The notes below the pieces were generated by a model. The model saw only the letters and a program-made list of their open reading frames with translations, was not told the DNA's origin and did no database searches. A stretch of 64,000 nt of DNA from Marsupella aquatica (Eukaryota; Plantae; Marchantiophyta), in assembly GCA_973895155.1 (NCBI GenBank), contig OZ316896.1, forward strand, positions 7,325,278 through 7,389,277. Direction: 5' to 3'. This document shows positions 51,249-64,000 of the stretch, piece after piece. The position numbers and the translations under genes were made by a program. Numbering within the stretch: the stretch's first letter is position 1; each line of letters starts with the position of its first letter.

Positions 51249-54200
51249 TTAAGTGAAAGATTTTCTATACATAATGTGTGCAGCTTTTCCATCACGTGAT
51301 CTACTTTCACGCAGGAAAAAGGCCTTTGATCTGTACTTGCAGGCGTTTCTGTAAGGTCTGGATCATCATGAAAATATCCTAGCTTCTGTACACAAGGTGC
51401 ACCCCATTCGCTCATTTGACAGCCTTGCTACTGTTTGTCTTGAGATCAAGGTGGAATTCACCGCAAGATTTTCCTATGGTTTACCCTGGAGTGTCGGCCG
51501 GTCACATAGCTTAGACCCAAGATAGGTTTCAAACTTATCTACAATCTTTATCCTGACTTCAAGAGCAAGCTATCGTTGAGGGAAACCCTGTCAGAAGAAG
51601 CCTGAGGGACGTGAAAGCCTAGAAAGTATTCTGGAAGCAGTGGAGATTAGGGAACTTTTGGAGATGGAAATTTTTGCTGAAATTACTAGATTTTTGCCCT
51701 GAAATTTCGTAAAAATATTGCTTCAGCCAAGATATCTGGATGGCAATGCTTTGTAGAGGTTTTGGAAAATTTGTGATACGTGAGATGACAACTTGTTTTC
51801 CAAGTTGTTGCATATGATTCAATGTCCTTGACTACTAGCGATCTTGAATTCAAATGAAAGCTGACAGGATTATTCTGCAGGAGTTTTTCCTTTCAAATTT
51901 CTTCCCCGTGTTCGGCTTTCCCTGGAATGGTTGAAGGCTTTTGGCCACCACGGATCTTGCTTATGTTTACGGGAAGGACTTGTTTGCGTTGCTCTAGCAT
52001 TGATGTCTCACGCCATCAATACCTGTGCTTGACGTTTTGCTGGCGCCCTTCATTCACTCACGGTTGTAGCCAATCACAAATTGTTGGGGACACGGCATGA
52101 GTGAGGGTTTGCCCTTGGAGCTGCAAGAGATAAGTTCTTCCCGAACATTTTTAGTTCATCGCCGTGAGGTAATCGTTATATTTCACATCACCAGCTTCCA
52201 GCTTTTGGTTTTTCCTACGGATGAGTTGCATTAGTATTTACATTTTCAGGAAGAAGCAGAACCGAACCATTATATTCCTGCTCAGTTATTGTTACACATG
52301 TATCTCTCCATCCCAATTGTTTTTCCAATTATCTGGAAAAAAGGAAGCAGTGTCGAAATATCCAAGAAAATACTGCATTGCTCGAGTTTGTTTGGACGTA
52401 CATGCTGGTAACAAGCACGGGGAGTATTTCATGGCTGCCTCCTCACAGCAGATGCCTACACGGAGCAGAGGATATATAGAGGGTGAACGTATAGGCAGAA
52501 CTAAATCGAATCACAGATTCACATCAGTGGATGCTGGTGTTTGCCTATTTGGATGTTTTGAATGTGGAATGGAGTTGACCTTCTAAATTATGATTGCCGA
52601 GGAACGTCTTCATTTACTGCAAAATTTACATGCGTCTCCCGATTTTTAAGCGACGCACACATGCTGTTAGCACCTTGAATGTAAGGTCTATGTTCTGAAC
52701 TGATCTTTGCGACAATGTCCTACTTTTTCGGCAACAAACATCTTGTGATTTCTAAGGCTGTGATGCCATTTCATGCAATCTGTTGTGCTGGTTGAAAGTA
52801 TGCTGATTCCTGTTCGGATATGCAAAAACGGCCTCAATCATGTACGGGTACGGTGCCTCGGGCTTCAGAGGGGCATGATTGCCACGTTCTTGCGTAAATT
52901 ACTCCGACTATTGGACCGTAGTACCCTTGGTTCACGTAGCAGGGGAGGAGAGGAGCGGAGAGGAGAGGAGGAGAGTCGTTACAGCTGCTCAGATCTCTCT
53001 ACACACCGCCTAACTTTTTGACTGCACAGGAGGGAAGCTCACTACCACAAGACTGGAATCACTTAAAAAAAACCCATGTAAAGGTGGAGGAACCCACGTT
53101 TTCCAATCCAAGCTACTTGATTATAGATTCATAGTGGTCTAAGATACTCTCCTAACGTGAGAATACCAGCTTGTGACAAGCGACTGGCTTATGTTTGTGA
53201 TCGTGAGGGGCTCCCGTCTACTGTGCTCAGGCAAGGCAGCTGCGATGGTGCTGTGCCTGCAGCTCTTTTCCATTTTTGGTCGGTGTTTTCCTTGCTTGTT
53301 TCTTGGACTTTCTTCTTCCAGACGGATAATCGCAGGAGTTCAGGCTTGCATGTTGGGTTCTCCGTGGGCCCCACTAATTATTGTGTCGACAGGCAATGCG
53401 AGCTTTGTGGGTTTGCTGATTTCCCTGAACTCAACTCAGCGGGAAACAGAGAAGATTCTTTCAGATGCGCTGTGCTGTGCTGCGCTGTATGGTTACGATG
53501 CACTGTGATGCCAGTGTCTCCATATGTGGCCTAACACACAGGACCTAAACTGAAACTACTTAATGTATCTTGGAAGGGCTTGCGAGTTCTATTTTCAATG
53601 AAGAAAAATCAAGCATAGTGCGCGCTGGCAATATCTATTTTGGAAGAAGTGTATTTTCTTGAAATCAGTTGCTTTTGCGTAATAGAGATTCCGGTATAAG
53701 TGTGAATTGAAACGTGGCCTTTGGGCCGTTAGTCTCATGTCTCCCTCGGACACGGTTCAACCTTAATTCATCTGGATTGCTTGGCAGGCAATTAGTTAAG
53801 TGATGAAGGTTGCGACTTGCTAATTGCGAACCCGCTTGTTTTAGTCGCATTGAGTTTTGTCAGTCCGTGTTTGCAGTTATTAACAGTAATCAAAATATAA
53901 TAATATTTAAAAATCTCCATGTCCTTGTGTGTTGATGTTGGTGAGCAAGGTGCAAATCTGGATGGAGCGGTACATCTTGTTCGCATGTTTGATGTCTTCA
54001 GGCTGGGGTCCACAAATGGCAGTGATTGTCTGTCGCTGACCTTTCTGATTAGTGTCTCGGGAGCGGGAAAGCCAAAATTCAAGCCTGTACTTATTCTCAG
54101 CGATGGGTGCCCGCACTATACCAGGAAAAGAGTCAGACTCTGATACGTCTCATCATGCCTGAATGAAGACAGTGGATCACGTGCGCTCTCCTGAGAATCG

Positions 54201-54874
54201 TCATGTACATCGCAGTCTTTTGGAGGTTCATTCAGAGAATGTGGAGTTCGTAACTGTCCCTTCGTGCAAACGATAATAAGCAAGCCAATTGCTTCGTTTG
54301 CAATTTTCCTCGAAATCGACCTTGTATGCAAATTAAAAGTCGCTTCAAGCCAACGTTTGGAGAGCGTCTAAGGCTGAGAAATGCAATAGCTCTTAATTTC
54401 CAGCGCCAATTTATTCATCAACCAGAATCCTGAGTGCCCAGCAAGGCTGAAAACGAAGGGTTGGTAATGTCCAACACCAGTAATCATCGTCCAAGATTCC
54501 GGATGCCCAGGAAGCAGCGAGGGAATGAATGATTCCGCGCGACTTGACCCGTGTTGACCCGACCTCGTACCTGTAAGGCAGAGGGCTTCTAGGGCGTCGT
54601 GGGAAGGAGTGGCTTGCGTTTAGCCGCTGTATTTGGGCTCATGTTTGTGGGGAGGACGTCGTTTTTATGACGCTCCAGTTGCTCCAGAGAGTTGAGCCCC
54701 TATATTTGGCGGAGGGAGTTTCACCCACGCGGTTTTTTTGAGGCCTTCTCCACGCTGTTCCGGCTTTGGAGAACGGAAAGAAATAGGATAGAGTCATGGC
54801 TTGACGACTATCCCCAGCTCTGATTCGAATCCACTGCCTGGGCACATTTCACGCAAACAGTATACAGTGTCGTG

Positions 54875-54978
54875 TGTCAGGAATTGGGTTCCTTGGCATT
54901 CTTCCTGTAAATGTTGAATAGAAGATGTCAGGAATTGGGTTCCTTGGCATTCTTCCTGTAAATGTTGAATAGAAGATG
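54875..54978. repeat. 51-bp tandem duplication
   Basis: TGTCAGGAATTGGG...GAATAGAAGA occurs twice. Confidence 0.9.
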
Positions 54979-55152
54979 ACTACAGTGACCCGTTCATGTT
55001 CACGATAATGATAGAATCTAGGAATCTTGCCTCTAAAGATGATGAATCTTAAACTACCTTTCCTGTTCATAGTCTCCACGGTGTCCAGTGGAGTAGTAAG
55101 TGCCGATTGATCAGCTCTCTTGAATTACCATAGTGCCTGTTCATGTCAAATG

Positions 55153-55377
55153 GAGGTATTTGCTTGATAGACCCCCAAATTGAAACTTGTTACTTGATGG
55201 ACCCCCTGAGGTCTATCAACGGTCCAAATCTGAGATAGAAAGGTTCATCAACAAATCTGAGATAGAAAGGTCCATCAACGGCCCAGATTGGGGAAAAGTA
55301 TGGAGGGATTGGGGAAAAGTATGGAGGGGTTGATTAAGTAAACTTTTTCCAGGAGGGGGTTACTAAGCATAGCTCTC
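55153..55377. mobile_element. 225-bp Mutator-type MITE
   Basis: Perfect 9-bp TSD TGTCAAATG; imperfect TIRs GAGGTATTTGCTTGATAGACCCC / GGGGTTACTAAGCATAGCTCTC. Confidence 0.8.
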
Positions 55378-57055
55378 TGTCAAATGTATGTCATTTGCGG
55401 TCCCCTCTCTTGCCATCATTGTGTTTCATGTCTTTGTGTCATTATTTAACCAAGGAAGAGGATTATGATTTTAATCGCCCTTGTGTCATTCAATCAAGTA
55501 AGAGTATTATGGATTTAATGGGATATTTGAGATCTTGTTCGTCAGTTGGTGATTGGGTGGTAGGAGGCGAGCCCCAGAAAAGAGAGGTGGGCAGGACACT
55601 AGATACCCCAGGAAAGGTGCATCTCTCCCAATGATCCCAGATTTCTCCAATGACATCTCCCTCCAGACGATACATTCAACAAATTTGTCACATCCACATG
55701 ATTTGTGTTCCCCACCCAGGTTGCAAAACAAAAAATACTCCCCACCTGGCCGGGAAAAGCTCAGGAAGATTTGACATGGGATGAACAGGTTCTTTAATGT
55801 TCTTTGCAGTTTCTCTTTTTCATCAAGCTCAGCACTTATTGGGTGTACTACCCTGAAAAAGATGAAGCAGGAAAAGGTGCATGGATGTGGGACTGTCCTT
55901 GCACATTGAAGGGGCCCTGGTTTGGTTTATTTACAGTAATTCCTCTAACGTGGGCTGCAGATGCGAAACGGGGACAAGAGCTTTTCGGCATGATTTTGAC
56001 ATTGGCCCATGTGTAGGGACAAATTCAGCGTGCAGAAACATTAGTGGCTTTTCAACTCAGGTGGTAGCACCGATGCACGACCCACATGCAGTGGCCTACG
56101 GGACAATTTCCAAAGCCGAGATTGAACTCATTGAAGGAGAGCTCATCATGGCCAATTGAGTGGCACATAAATCTATGCCAGCGATCTACAAATGCTCCGA
56201 TTTTTAAACCGAAAAGCGTCCACGGCTAAAGTCTCTAGGGAACGACGAATACTGATTTTCTGTTGTAGCACTGTTGGCACAAGTACCACAGTGTTGTGGA
56301 TGACTTTCAGAGTTTCCCATGAAGGTGTACCGACAGCTTTGCGTTTGTACATCGGCGTATTGAGTTGGGCAGGCTTCATTTTGAGCCTGGATATCTTAAA
56401 AATTACCTCAAAGTCGATTTTGACGGAATGCGTTCCGAGATTATCTAGAAGAAGAAACCATCTGGAAGACGGATATAGATTCGCCCGACTTTATAATTAA
56501 GCGAAAAGGCAGAGGCGCCTCTAATATTCAGACACCCCGATTCTCACTCACAAGCAACGGGCTAAAAGTCAGGGAGAACCATGTAATCGCCACAGATATA
56601 GGGGGGTATATTTGCTCAATTCAGCTCTAGCGCCAGTTACTTTTTCAACCTCAGTCTTTCGAAGTGTATGCGAGATATTCTTAAGGGCAGATTATAGAGA
56701 TAAGGTGTATGCTTATGTACAATGTTGTACATCTTAATCCAGCCCTTTTCTCGCCTGCTTTCCTTGACGTTCCTCAGAGTGTGCCGGGCGTACTTTGATC
56801 GCCCTGACTTCACTTCACTCGTCTAGTAAATTCTTAATCTCGAATCTCTCTGATCCTTTGTGGGTGGTTCACTGACGTTCAGGTTTTATGCAAGTTGGCC
56901 TGAGTGACTAAACTCGATGGCAGCAATCTTATCCCTAAATTAAGCGAGCTAGGACATTCGTTTGGTTGTAATTCCATGGCAGTCCATCACTTGAAGAAGG
57001 TTGGTTACTGGTAACCTGCAACACAAACTCCACACTGCAAGCAAATTAATCCAAG

Positions 57056-57155
57056 TAAATTAATCCGTGGACCCCATGTTATTTTAGAGGCAATTATCTA
57101 GAAAACAAATTAATTCCTGGACCCCATGTTATTTTAGAGTCAATTATCTAGAAAC
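57056..57155. repeat. ~52-bp tandem duplication
   Basis: AAATTAAT...GGACCCCATGTTATTTTAGAG.CAATTATCTAGAAA occurs twice. Confidence 0.8.
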
Positions 57156-58920
57156 TGAAGAAGTCTAGATGTACCTCCAAATCAAAAGAAAAATAATTCA
57201 AAAATGGACAAGTCAATGTTTGACATTTGAAACAGTTGTCAAAGTTACCAAGGCAACCGTAATTAACATCAATCGCAAAACTAACTGCATTGTGAACTAC
57301 TGTTTAATGTGTGGATAGCTTAATTGCCCACTTCAGCAAAACGGTGTTTGACAGTTTCCTCCACGGTATCAAAGGGATGCTGGATGCACTCAAGTTACAT
57401 CAAAAGTAATCACTTTCAATTCTTACACGTAGATAGACGAAGAGAGAGAAGTCATTGGTGTTATCAAATCATCAACTTTGCATAATCATTTAAGACAAAA
57501 AGTTTCATGGAAACAAATCTCCAATTGTGAAATTTGGAATCGATTGAAAACTAGAGAAGTTAGAAACTCATGACCACTTTAGTACTTGATAAAATCTCCC
57601 AATGTTACACTCATTGGAAAGCTAAAGAACATTGGAAACTTATAATCTACTTAGAATTCAACTAAATCTATCAATGTTAAATTCATTAAAAAGCTAAATA
57701 AATTTTAAAATTCATAATCTCCTTAGTATTTGATAAAATCTGTCAATTTTAGGTTCATTCTCATGGAAGGGGTAAACATTTTAGGGGTTGTACAACAAAG
57801 ATTTCTATTCACGTTAGAGACTATGAAATCACAGGTAAAATCTAATTTTCAAATTATTTATTCAATTCTTACCTAATGATGACAATGCTGAGCTCATCAG
57901 GACCGTCTCTTCAGGATCTTTCTAACGCCATATTATACGTGAGTTTTCATTATGATTTGATTTAGCAATGTCAAATAAAAAATTGCTATCGGGAAAAATT
58001 TATGTTTTGAATAAAATCAAAATATAAATAAAACAGTTATTGGAAGCAGTTTTACCTCAATCTTTTTGTCTTTTGATTTGCATGTCAATTTTTTTACATT
58101 CTTTTTTACGGCATGGCGTCCCAATTTTTACAACAAACTTGCCACAAACACGAATGCAGAACTTAATTTTATCCAAACACAAGTCTCTTCCTGTTTGCAA
58201 CATGCCATGATGATGTGGCGCGCTGTGGAGCCAGAAATTTTACAAAGGACCCCTAATGGGGGCGGGAATGGGGGTCCGTAATTAAGGAACCTGGTCTGCA
58301 TATTGACCAGGTTAGTCCCCACAAAGCATTTGTCTGCCTGAATAGCATTGCCATTATTTTCTAGGTCTGGTTTTACAGTGTTCTTGTACTTCACTTGTTT
58401 GCTGGTAATAAATCTTCTCATCCCACCAAAAAAAGATCATTGCCACAACCAGTACTTCATTTGTGACTTGTTTAAGAAACTTCCAAATAAAATTAAAAAA
58501 TGGCTTTGAATATTTGAGCTTGAAGATGTCATATGTAACTAGTGTGTGGAGGATACTAACTGACCATATCACCATATTCATTAAAAGTGTATTTTATTTT
58601 GTTCACTTTTAGGCCTCGAAATGTACACTTTTTGGTCTCTAAATGTACACTTTTTAACCCCAAAAGGTATATTATAGTACAATACTCTACACCTAAATAG
58701 TCAATTGTAAACTTGAGGGAGAAAAAATGATCTTTACTAGAAGGAGTCTCATCCTAGTTCATTTATAAAAGATGAACATGGTGGTATGTCTGATGGCCAT
58801 CACTTTTATTTCTTGCCCAAATGTACACTTTTTGAAAGCCAAATGTACACTTTCTATTGCCCAAATGTTCACAAATTGAATAATAATTCACTTTTAATGA
58901 ATAGATTGATCCATGGGATT

Positions 58921-59923
58921 GGCCCCGACTCTAGAAATCAACTCCAAGGTTCCCGCTTAACTAGTAGTCTAGGGGCCAAGTGCACTTGGAACTTCACCTC
59001 CATGCCTATTTTGTTTTGATTCCCCAATGCAAGTTCCCGTGGGAAACTGAATGTGACTTGGTTGTTATTTTGGCAGGATTTGGCAAGCAGGCAAGATAGC
59101 CCCCGCAAACCTCTAGAACCCATGACACCACCAGACCTAGCTGAGCTGAGGAGGATGTAGTACTCTTCCAGAGTTTTCCAACGCAGCCAAGAAATTCCCC
59201 AATGGACTTTTCATTGAGAAGTTATTGTTGTTTCTGTTTGACATTTCCTCTTGGTGTCACGATCGCCGCCACTCATGACTTGAGCTCGCCCTTGGCCCCC
59301 AAGTAGACATTGGTCTCCTCATATATGCTTTTGGAGACCTGCTATCCCTGGAATGGCTTTGGACTTCTATATTTGCCCCCTAACCTGGACTCTAACCAAC
59401 ACGCATGGGAACGCAATTAAGTTGCTATGCCCATGACTATCTAGTTAGATGTCCGTAGGCAGAGTACAGTCTTAGTTAGCCGTTGTGATCAGGCCGACCC
59501 AGTGCTCATGCCTAGGTCTTTAGAACCCATTGTCACTCAAGGGTCCCGGACAACCGTACCTGGGTTGCACCGTATCTCATGCGCCAAGCGTCCGTTATGC
59601 ATAAAGCCAACTTCGTTAGCCTTGGCCCCAAGAGGAGCTCTCACTCAAGCCCTCATAACTCAAAGTCTGTCCGGGGGTCCGGACGGTCTACCTTGAGCCT
59701 GGCCCCTTCCCATGACCTGACCAGCCCCAAGCTAGTCTAAGTCCGTAGTGTGCGTCACTAGCTTAGCGCCGTGCCCTTGCTAGTGCAATATCTCATTGTC
59801 CACTAGTCTCCCCATACTTAGTATCCCCCGGATGGCTATTCCGTGGGCTTGGACCATAGAGGAGCTTGGCGTCGGAGTCAGCGACGCCCGAGCTAAGTGT
59901 TAAGGTAGTCAAGTTCCGCAACT
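58921..59923 (-). mobile_element. Diverged LTR fragment of the chromovirus family
   Basis: Left part aligns with 46525-47062; ~59729-59923 aligns with 2756-2947. Confidence 0.85.
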
Positions 59924-59924
59924 T

Positions 59925-60493
59925 TAATCTTGGGAATTGAAGGTACATTGGGAAGCTATCAAGTGGATCTTGAGGTAATTACACAACACATTTGAAGTTG
60001 GTTTATTGTTTGATGCACATTCAAACAATGCCATGATTGACTATGGAAGTGATTTGGATCAAAGAAAGTCTACCATTGGGTATGCTTTCACATTAGCAAG
60101 AGGTAGTGTAAGTTGGCGATCCATGAAGCAAAATTGTGTATCTCAATCTTTAATGTATAACTGAAGCTTAGTACGTTGCAGTAGTAGAAGCAACAAAGGA
60201 GACAATTGGTTGGATAAGCTAGTCCAGGATTTTAGGTGAGGAGTGTGAATCTAGAGTGTGACAGAAATAGTGCTATTCACATTGCGGCTAATGAGATGAC
60301 ACATGGCAAGGTGAAGCACATTGATATCAGGTATCATTTTCTCAGGCATGCATTGTTCAACAAAAAGATTGAGTTATTCAAGATTGATGACAAGCTCAAT
60401 CTGGTTGATATTTTGACCCGGGTTTTGACCAAAGTGATTCCACAAATTGATTTTCTATACATTATAAACCACTACAGATTAACATCGGACTAG
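59925..60493 (+). pseudogene. Ty1/copia RT end and RNase H relic
   Basis: WEAIKWILR, DLDQRKSTIGYAF, VSWRSMKQ, CDRNSAIHIAAN, KVKHIDIRYHFLR, VDILTR; PPT-like AGGGGGGA then TGTTAG at ~60756-60771. Confidence 0.85.
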
Positions 60494-60838
60494 TTAGTAA
60501 CCTTGGGAGTTAGTTAGTTGGCTTTTCTATACATGTATGCTCTATCTGGCGGATTTTCAGCGACTACTTAGTAACCTTGGGAGTTAGTTAGTTGGCTTCT
60601 ATACATGTATGCTCTATCTGGCGGATTGTGAGCTATGGCTTGATTCTAGTTTTAACTCTATTTACAAAGATGAGTTTCCTTTCTGGAATTTCCGTGGAGA
60701 CACATATGGAGAGTAGAAGGAATCATGCTAGGTAGTTAACTCAGGACTAGAGTTCAGGGGGGATTTGTTAGTACCTTGGTTGGTACTCAACTCTAGCACC
60801 TGGCTAGTTTAACTAGGGCATAGATTAATCATGGTTAA

Positions 60839-61171
60839 GGTGGTATATTTCCCATAAAGCGGAAATATACCTCACTCGGACATGTAAAAGAAGTGGACCC
60901 CCCTGCGATCGGGCCCTTTTCGTGTTTACCCCTTGTTATTTCCATTTTACCATTAAAAGTTCCCTTATTACCGGTAATAATTATAATTATTAGTTCAAAA
61001 TGAAAAAAAACTACCCTTCAAGCGTTCGCACGTCCTCCACGTATTAATTAAGACTGAGGGCCCAGGGTCTAAGTACAAACAGGCCTGGAATATTTTGCTG
61101 AATGACAACTTTGTAAATGCAAAACCCTTGATAGTAAGTGTGTATTTCCGCTTTATGGTAAGCGCACAATC
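60839..61171. mobile_element. Possible MITE
   Basis: Inverted repeat CCATAAAGCGGAAATA / TATTTCCGCTTTATGG near both ends; no TSD resolved. Confidence 0.45.
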
Positions 61172-61898
61172 CCATCAAATTGCAATTACTGATAAGCGCA
61201 TGCCATTTTTAAGTAGAGTAAAATATGCACTTATGGAGTAGGACACCAAATTTAGGGCAGGGATATACAATTTGTGCTACAAGCCACGAGACTACTCACT
61301 CACAGACACTACACACACATCTAACAAAGGGATGTAAATCATGCACAATTACTGATCTGAGTGCACATTTTAAGGGTTTGCACTCATCAAGGTGCAGAAC
61401 CTGTTGTAGTACACACTGGATTAGTCTTCCCGAGAGTGTATACTTAGAGAGAGTTAATCTTAGTTTCCTTATAAGCTTTTACAGCATACACAAGGACATT
61501 CCACAAACTAATTACTTTAAAGCATAGGTGAACTCTGACTCTCTGTCCATTTAAAGGAATTATAGTTCCAATAGCCAAATATATGCCATTGAGTTGCACA
61601 GTTGTTACCTTCATGCATGTTGTTGTTGCAAAGTGTTATCGATATAGACAATTAGATGCAAAAGATTGCATGCACTTCCGGGGAGGGAGGGAAAAACTTG
61701 TGCAAATGACAACAAGTTGGAGGCCTGTGACTGGGGGTAATTGGGCCATAAGTCTGGACTGCCCAAGGCAAAGCACCAAGAGGGAGCATGTGTGAGCCCC
61801 TGGGGTGGGCTCCATTACTCCCCAAATTTGAAGCTGATGTGTGGATAGACCAAGCAAGTTGTGATACCCCAAAAAATGAGCATTAAATACAAAGACAG

Positions 61899-62210
61899 TG
61901 TTACGAATTGACTTGAGTTCTCGGCTTAGTTAGTTTGGCCTTACTAGGGTTAGTTAACCCTAGATTACATTAGGATAAGATCCGCTTAGTTTAGACTCAC
62001 ACATCTTGGCCCCCTTGGGGGTATAGGTTGGAGGGAGAGCACTCCCTCATTTTTCACATGTACTCTCATTTGTTATGGAGCCTTTAGGAGTTTCTTCACT
62101 CAGGGTATCTCGTCTGTGTAGTGTCTGATTGAGTATCTCTCATGTTTTCGCATTGCTATCTAGTCCGGAGCCGACGGTTTCTTAGAGAAAGGGTACCATC
62201 TGAGTCAACA
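61899..62210. mobile_element. Possible short solo LTR
   Basis: TGTTACG...GTCAACA, with ACAGTG repeated at both borders; weak. Confidence 0.3.
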
Positions 62211-64000
62211 GTGCCATTATTTCAGAGCAGTCCATGCAAGTTGTAATTGTCCATCCAAGCATCTCAACAAACATTGTGGCTCAAGAGCTTCAGTGGTCCT
62301 CCAAACTCATAATTCAAATGAATTCCTATAGCCATTTTTTCAAATTTCCTGTCATCCAAGTAGACTAAATTAACCCAAGAGGACACTTAAAATTTGGGTC
62401 CATGGACATATGGAGGCTCATACTTCTTCCAACCTAACCCCTCCAATTGTAGAAGTAGGTAAAACGAGGGGAACCAAAATGTGATAGGTTGTGCTCACAC
62501 CTGCCTTCTGGTGAGTGTCGATGGGGAAACCCAGTTCACTCAGTGAGAAGGTACAGTTGGAGGGGGTTGCTCAGGCAAATCATGAGCTCAATGTGAGCAT
62601 GAACCAATTGTGTGCCATCTTTTGTTAGTCAGGTAGTATGTTAAACCAACCATATAGGAGACATGGGGGCAACCAGCGAGGCAACTAGGTGACAACCTGA
62701 TAATGAAATTACACTAGGAGAGAACACGAGAAAACTTTAAAACTGAGTTGCTAAATTGAACAAACCATAATTTCGAGTGAGTAACAAGAGGTTAGTGCCG
62801 TGTTAAGAAGAAACCACCCGAGTGCGCCGGAGGAAGGAGTTGTCAAGGGAAAGTATCGCACCAGCACGTCCGAAAAACAAGTTTTGAGCTGAACACGTGT
62901 TAAACCGACTTCCAATTATCGTAGTGGCGTGACGGTCTCCTGAAGGACTAGTGTGAAGGCTTAAATTCGCAACCACAGCGAAGTACAGTTGTATCAAGCA
63001 TTTTCAGGTACTTGGGATCCATCTGTGTTTTGCAACTAGGTATATCAATGCAGTGGACCAATGTCGTCCTTCTCAGATGATTGGGAGCACTGCCTCCTCA
63101 TTCCTCCGGTAATCCGCTTCCAATTCAGAGGAATTCAGTTATCCGTGCCCATAGATTCCTTTCCATTGTGTGAAGAATGGATTGAACAGAACTTTGATTC
63201 CAATTGTTCATTTCACATAAACCCCAGGTCCAAGGAATGAAAGGCGGTAACGTTCAGAAAAACCCTTCTGTCTCCTCATTGATCCACACTCCAGCGACGA
63301 GGAGTGAAGTCCATGGACTCCCTGCAGTGGCGATTATTTAAAAGAAAGTTGAAGATTGGAGGTGTGTATATCAAACTGCCAAAGTACAAAAAACCCCAAT
63401 CCGGGAGACAGGATCCCAATGGCAAAGCGGAGGTGTCTGGAGAAAATTAGGTCCAGTCCAGCCAGCGTGGGGATCCGTTAATATACTTGATCTGTTGCTT
63501 TTGGCTCGATTTCCTATTCTTAGAAATCATTGGCTCTCGAATGAATCCAAAAGCATGTTCAAAACCTACTGATGAGAACATCCTGTGCTCACAACAGCAC
63601 AGTACAGATTCATCATTTACAGCTAGGAAAGAAAGAAGTCGGAGGAATTGCTCTAGTTAAAACCGTGACTCCGAGGTGGAAAGATGTTATCCGCACAGAT
63701 TTGACGTTGGGACTAATGTATTTCCATGCCGCTTTGTCAGCGTGTAACTTACTCCCTTTGCACGCCTGCCCTAGGTGTGCACTCCCAGAAATATATTCCA
63801 TCCACGGCCGCATGACCGCATGATCGGGAAGGATTCTGTCGCATGCCTGGCACTTGCAGTGACGTTTGCGCGAGCACAGTGATCCGAATTATACATCTGC
63901 AGACAAGGACAGCAGGAGCACGAAGCAGAGCTTACCAGATTGGGAGACTGGGGAAGTGGGGACTGGGGGCGGGCTGAGGAGTGTCGTTTCCAGGGTCAAA

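Noticed and set aside
51300-58600. Short ORFs downstream of SLD5
   Set aside because: No recognisable domain or consistent exon chain; a UTR, lncRNA or small-exon gene cannot be excluded.
62800-64000. 5' part of a minus-strand gene
   Set aside because: Only one donor-like GTAAG (~63935) is seen, and no coding frame could be supported.

Overview
Eukaryotic, plant-type DNA; the transposon lineages suggest a non-seed plant, possibly a liverwort (inference). Positions ~470-47060 are one transposon nest that target-site duplications (TSDs) resolve almost completely. A minus-strand chromovirus (2756-47062) contains two solo LTRs, a MITE and a 33-kb Ty3/gypsy element (11065-44079). That element contains a ~4.6-kb protein-coding solo LTR (18233-43263), which in turn contains a Bianca-type Ty1/copia element and a ~10.7-kb Mutator-like DNA transposon (27927-42739), itself hit by another coding solo LTR and a MITE. 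The only clear host gene is a six-exon SLD5/GINS4 (48348-51248). The best novelty candidate is the DNA transposon: a GCM-DDE-SWIM transposase, a divergent intron-containing gene fusing a ParB/Srx-like domain to an N6A/N4C DNA methyltransferase-like domain, and an 18-bp palindrome (GCTAGCGATCTCGCTAGC) repeated through its non-coding parts. This layout recalls a sequence-specific self-marking or anti-silencing system. Domain calls were made by eye from motifs; no searches were run.
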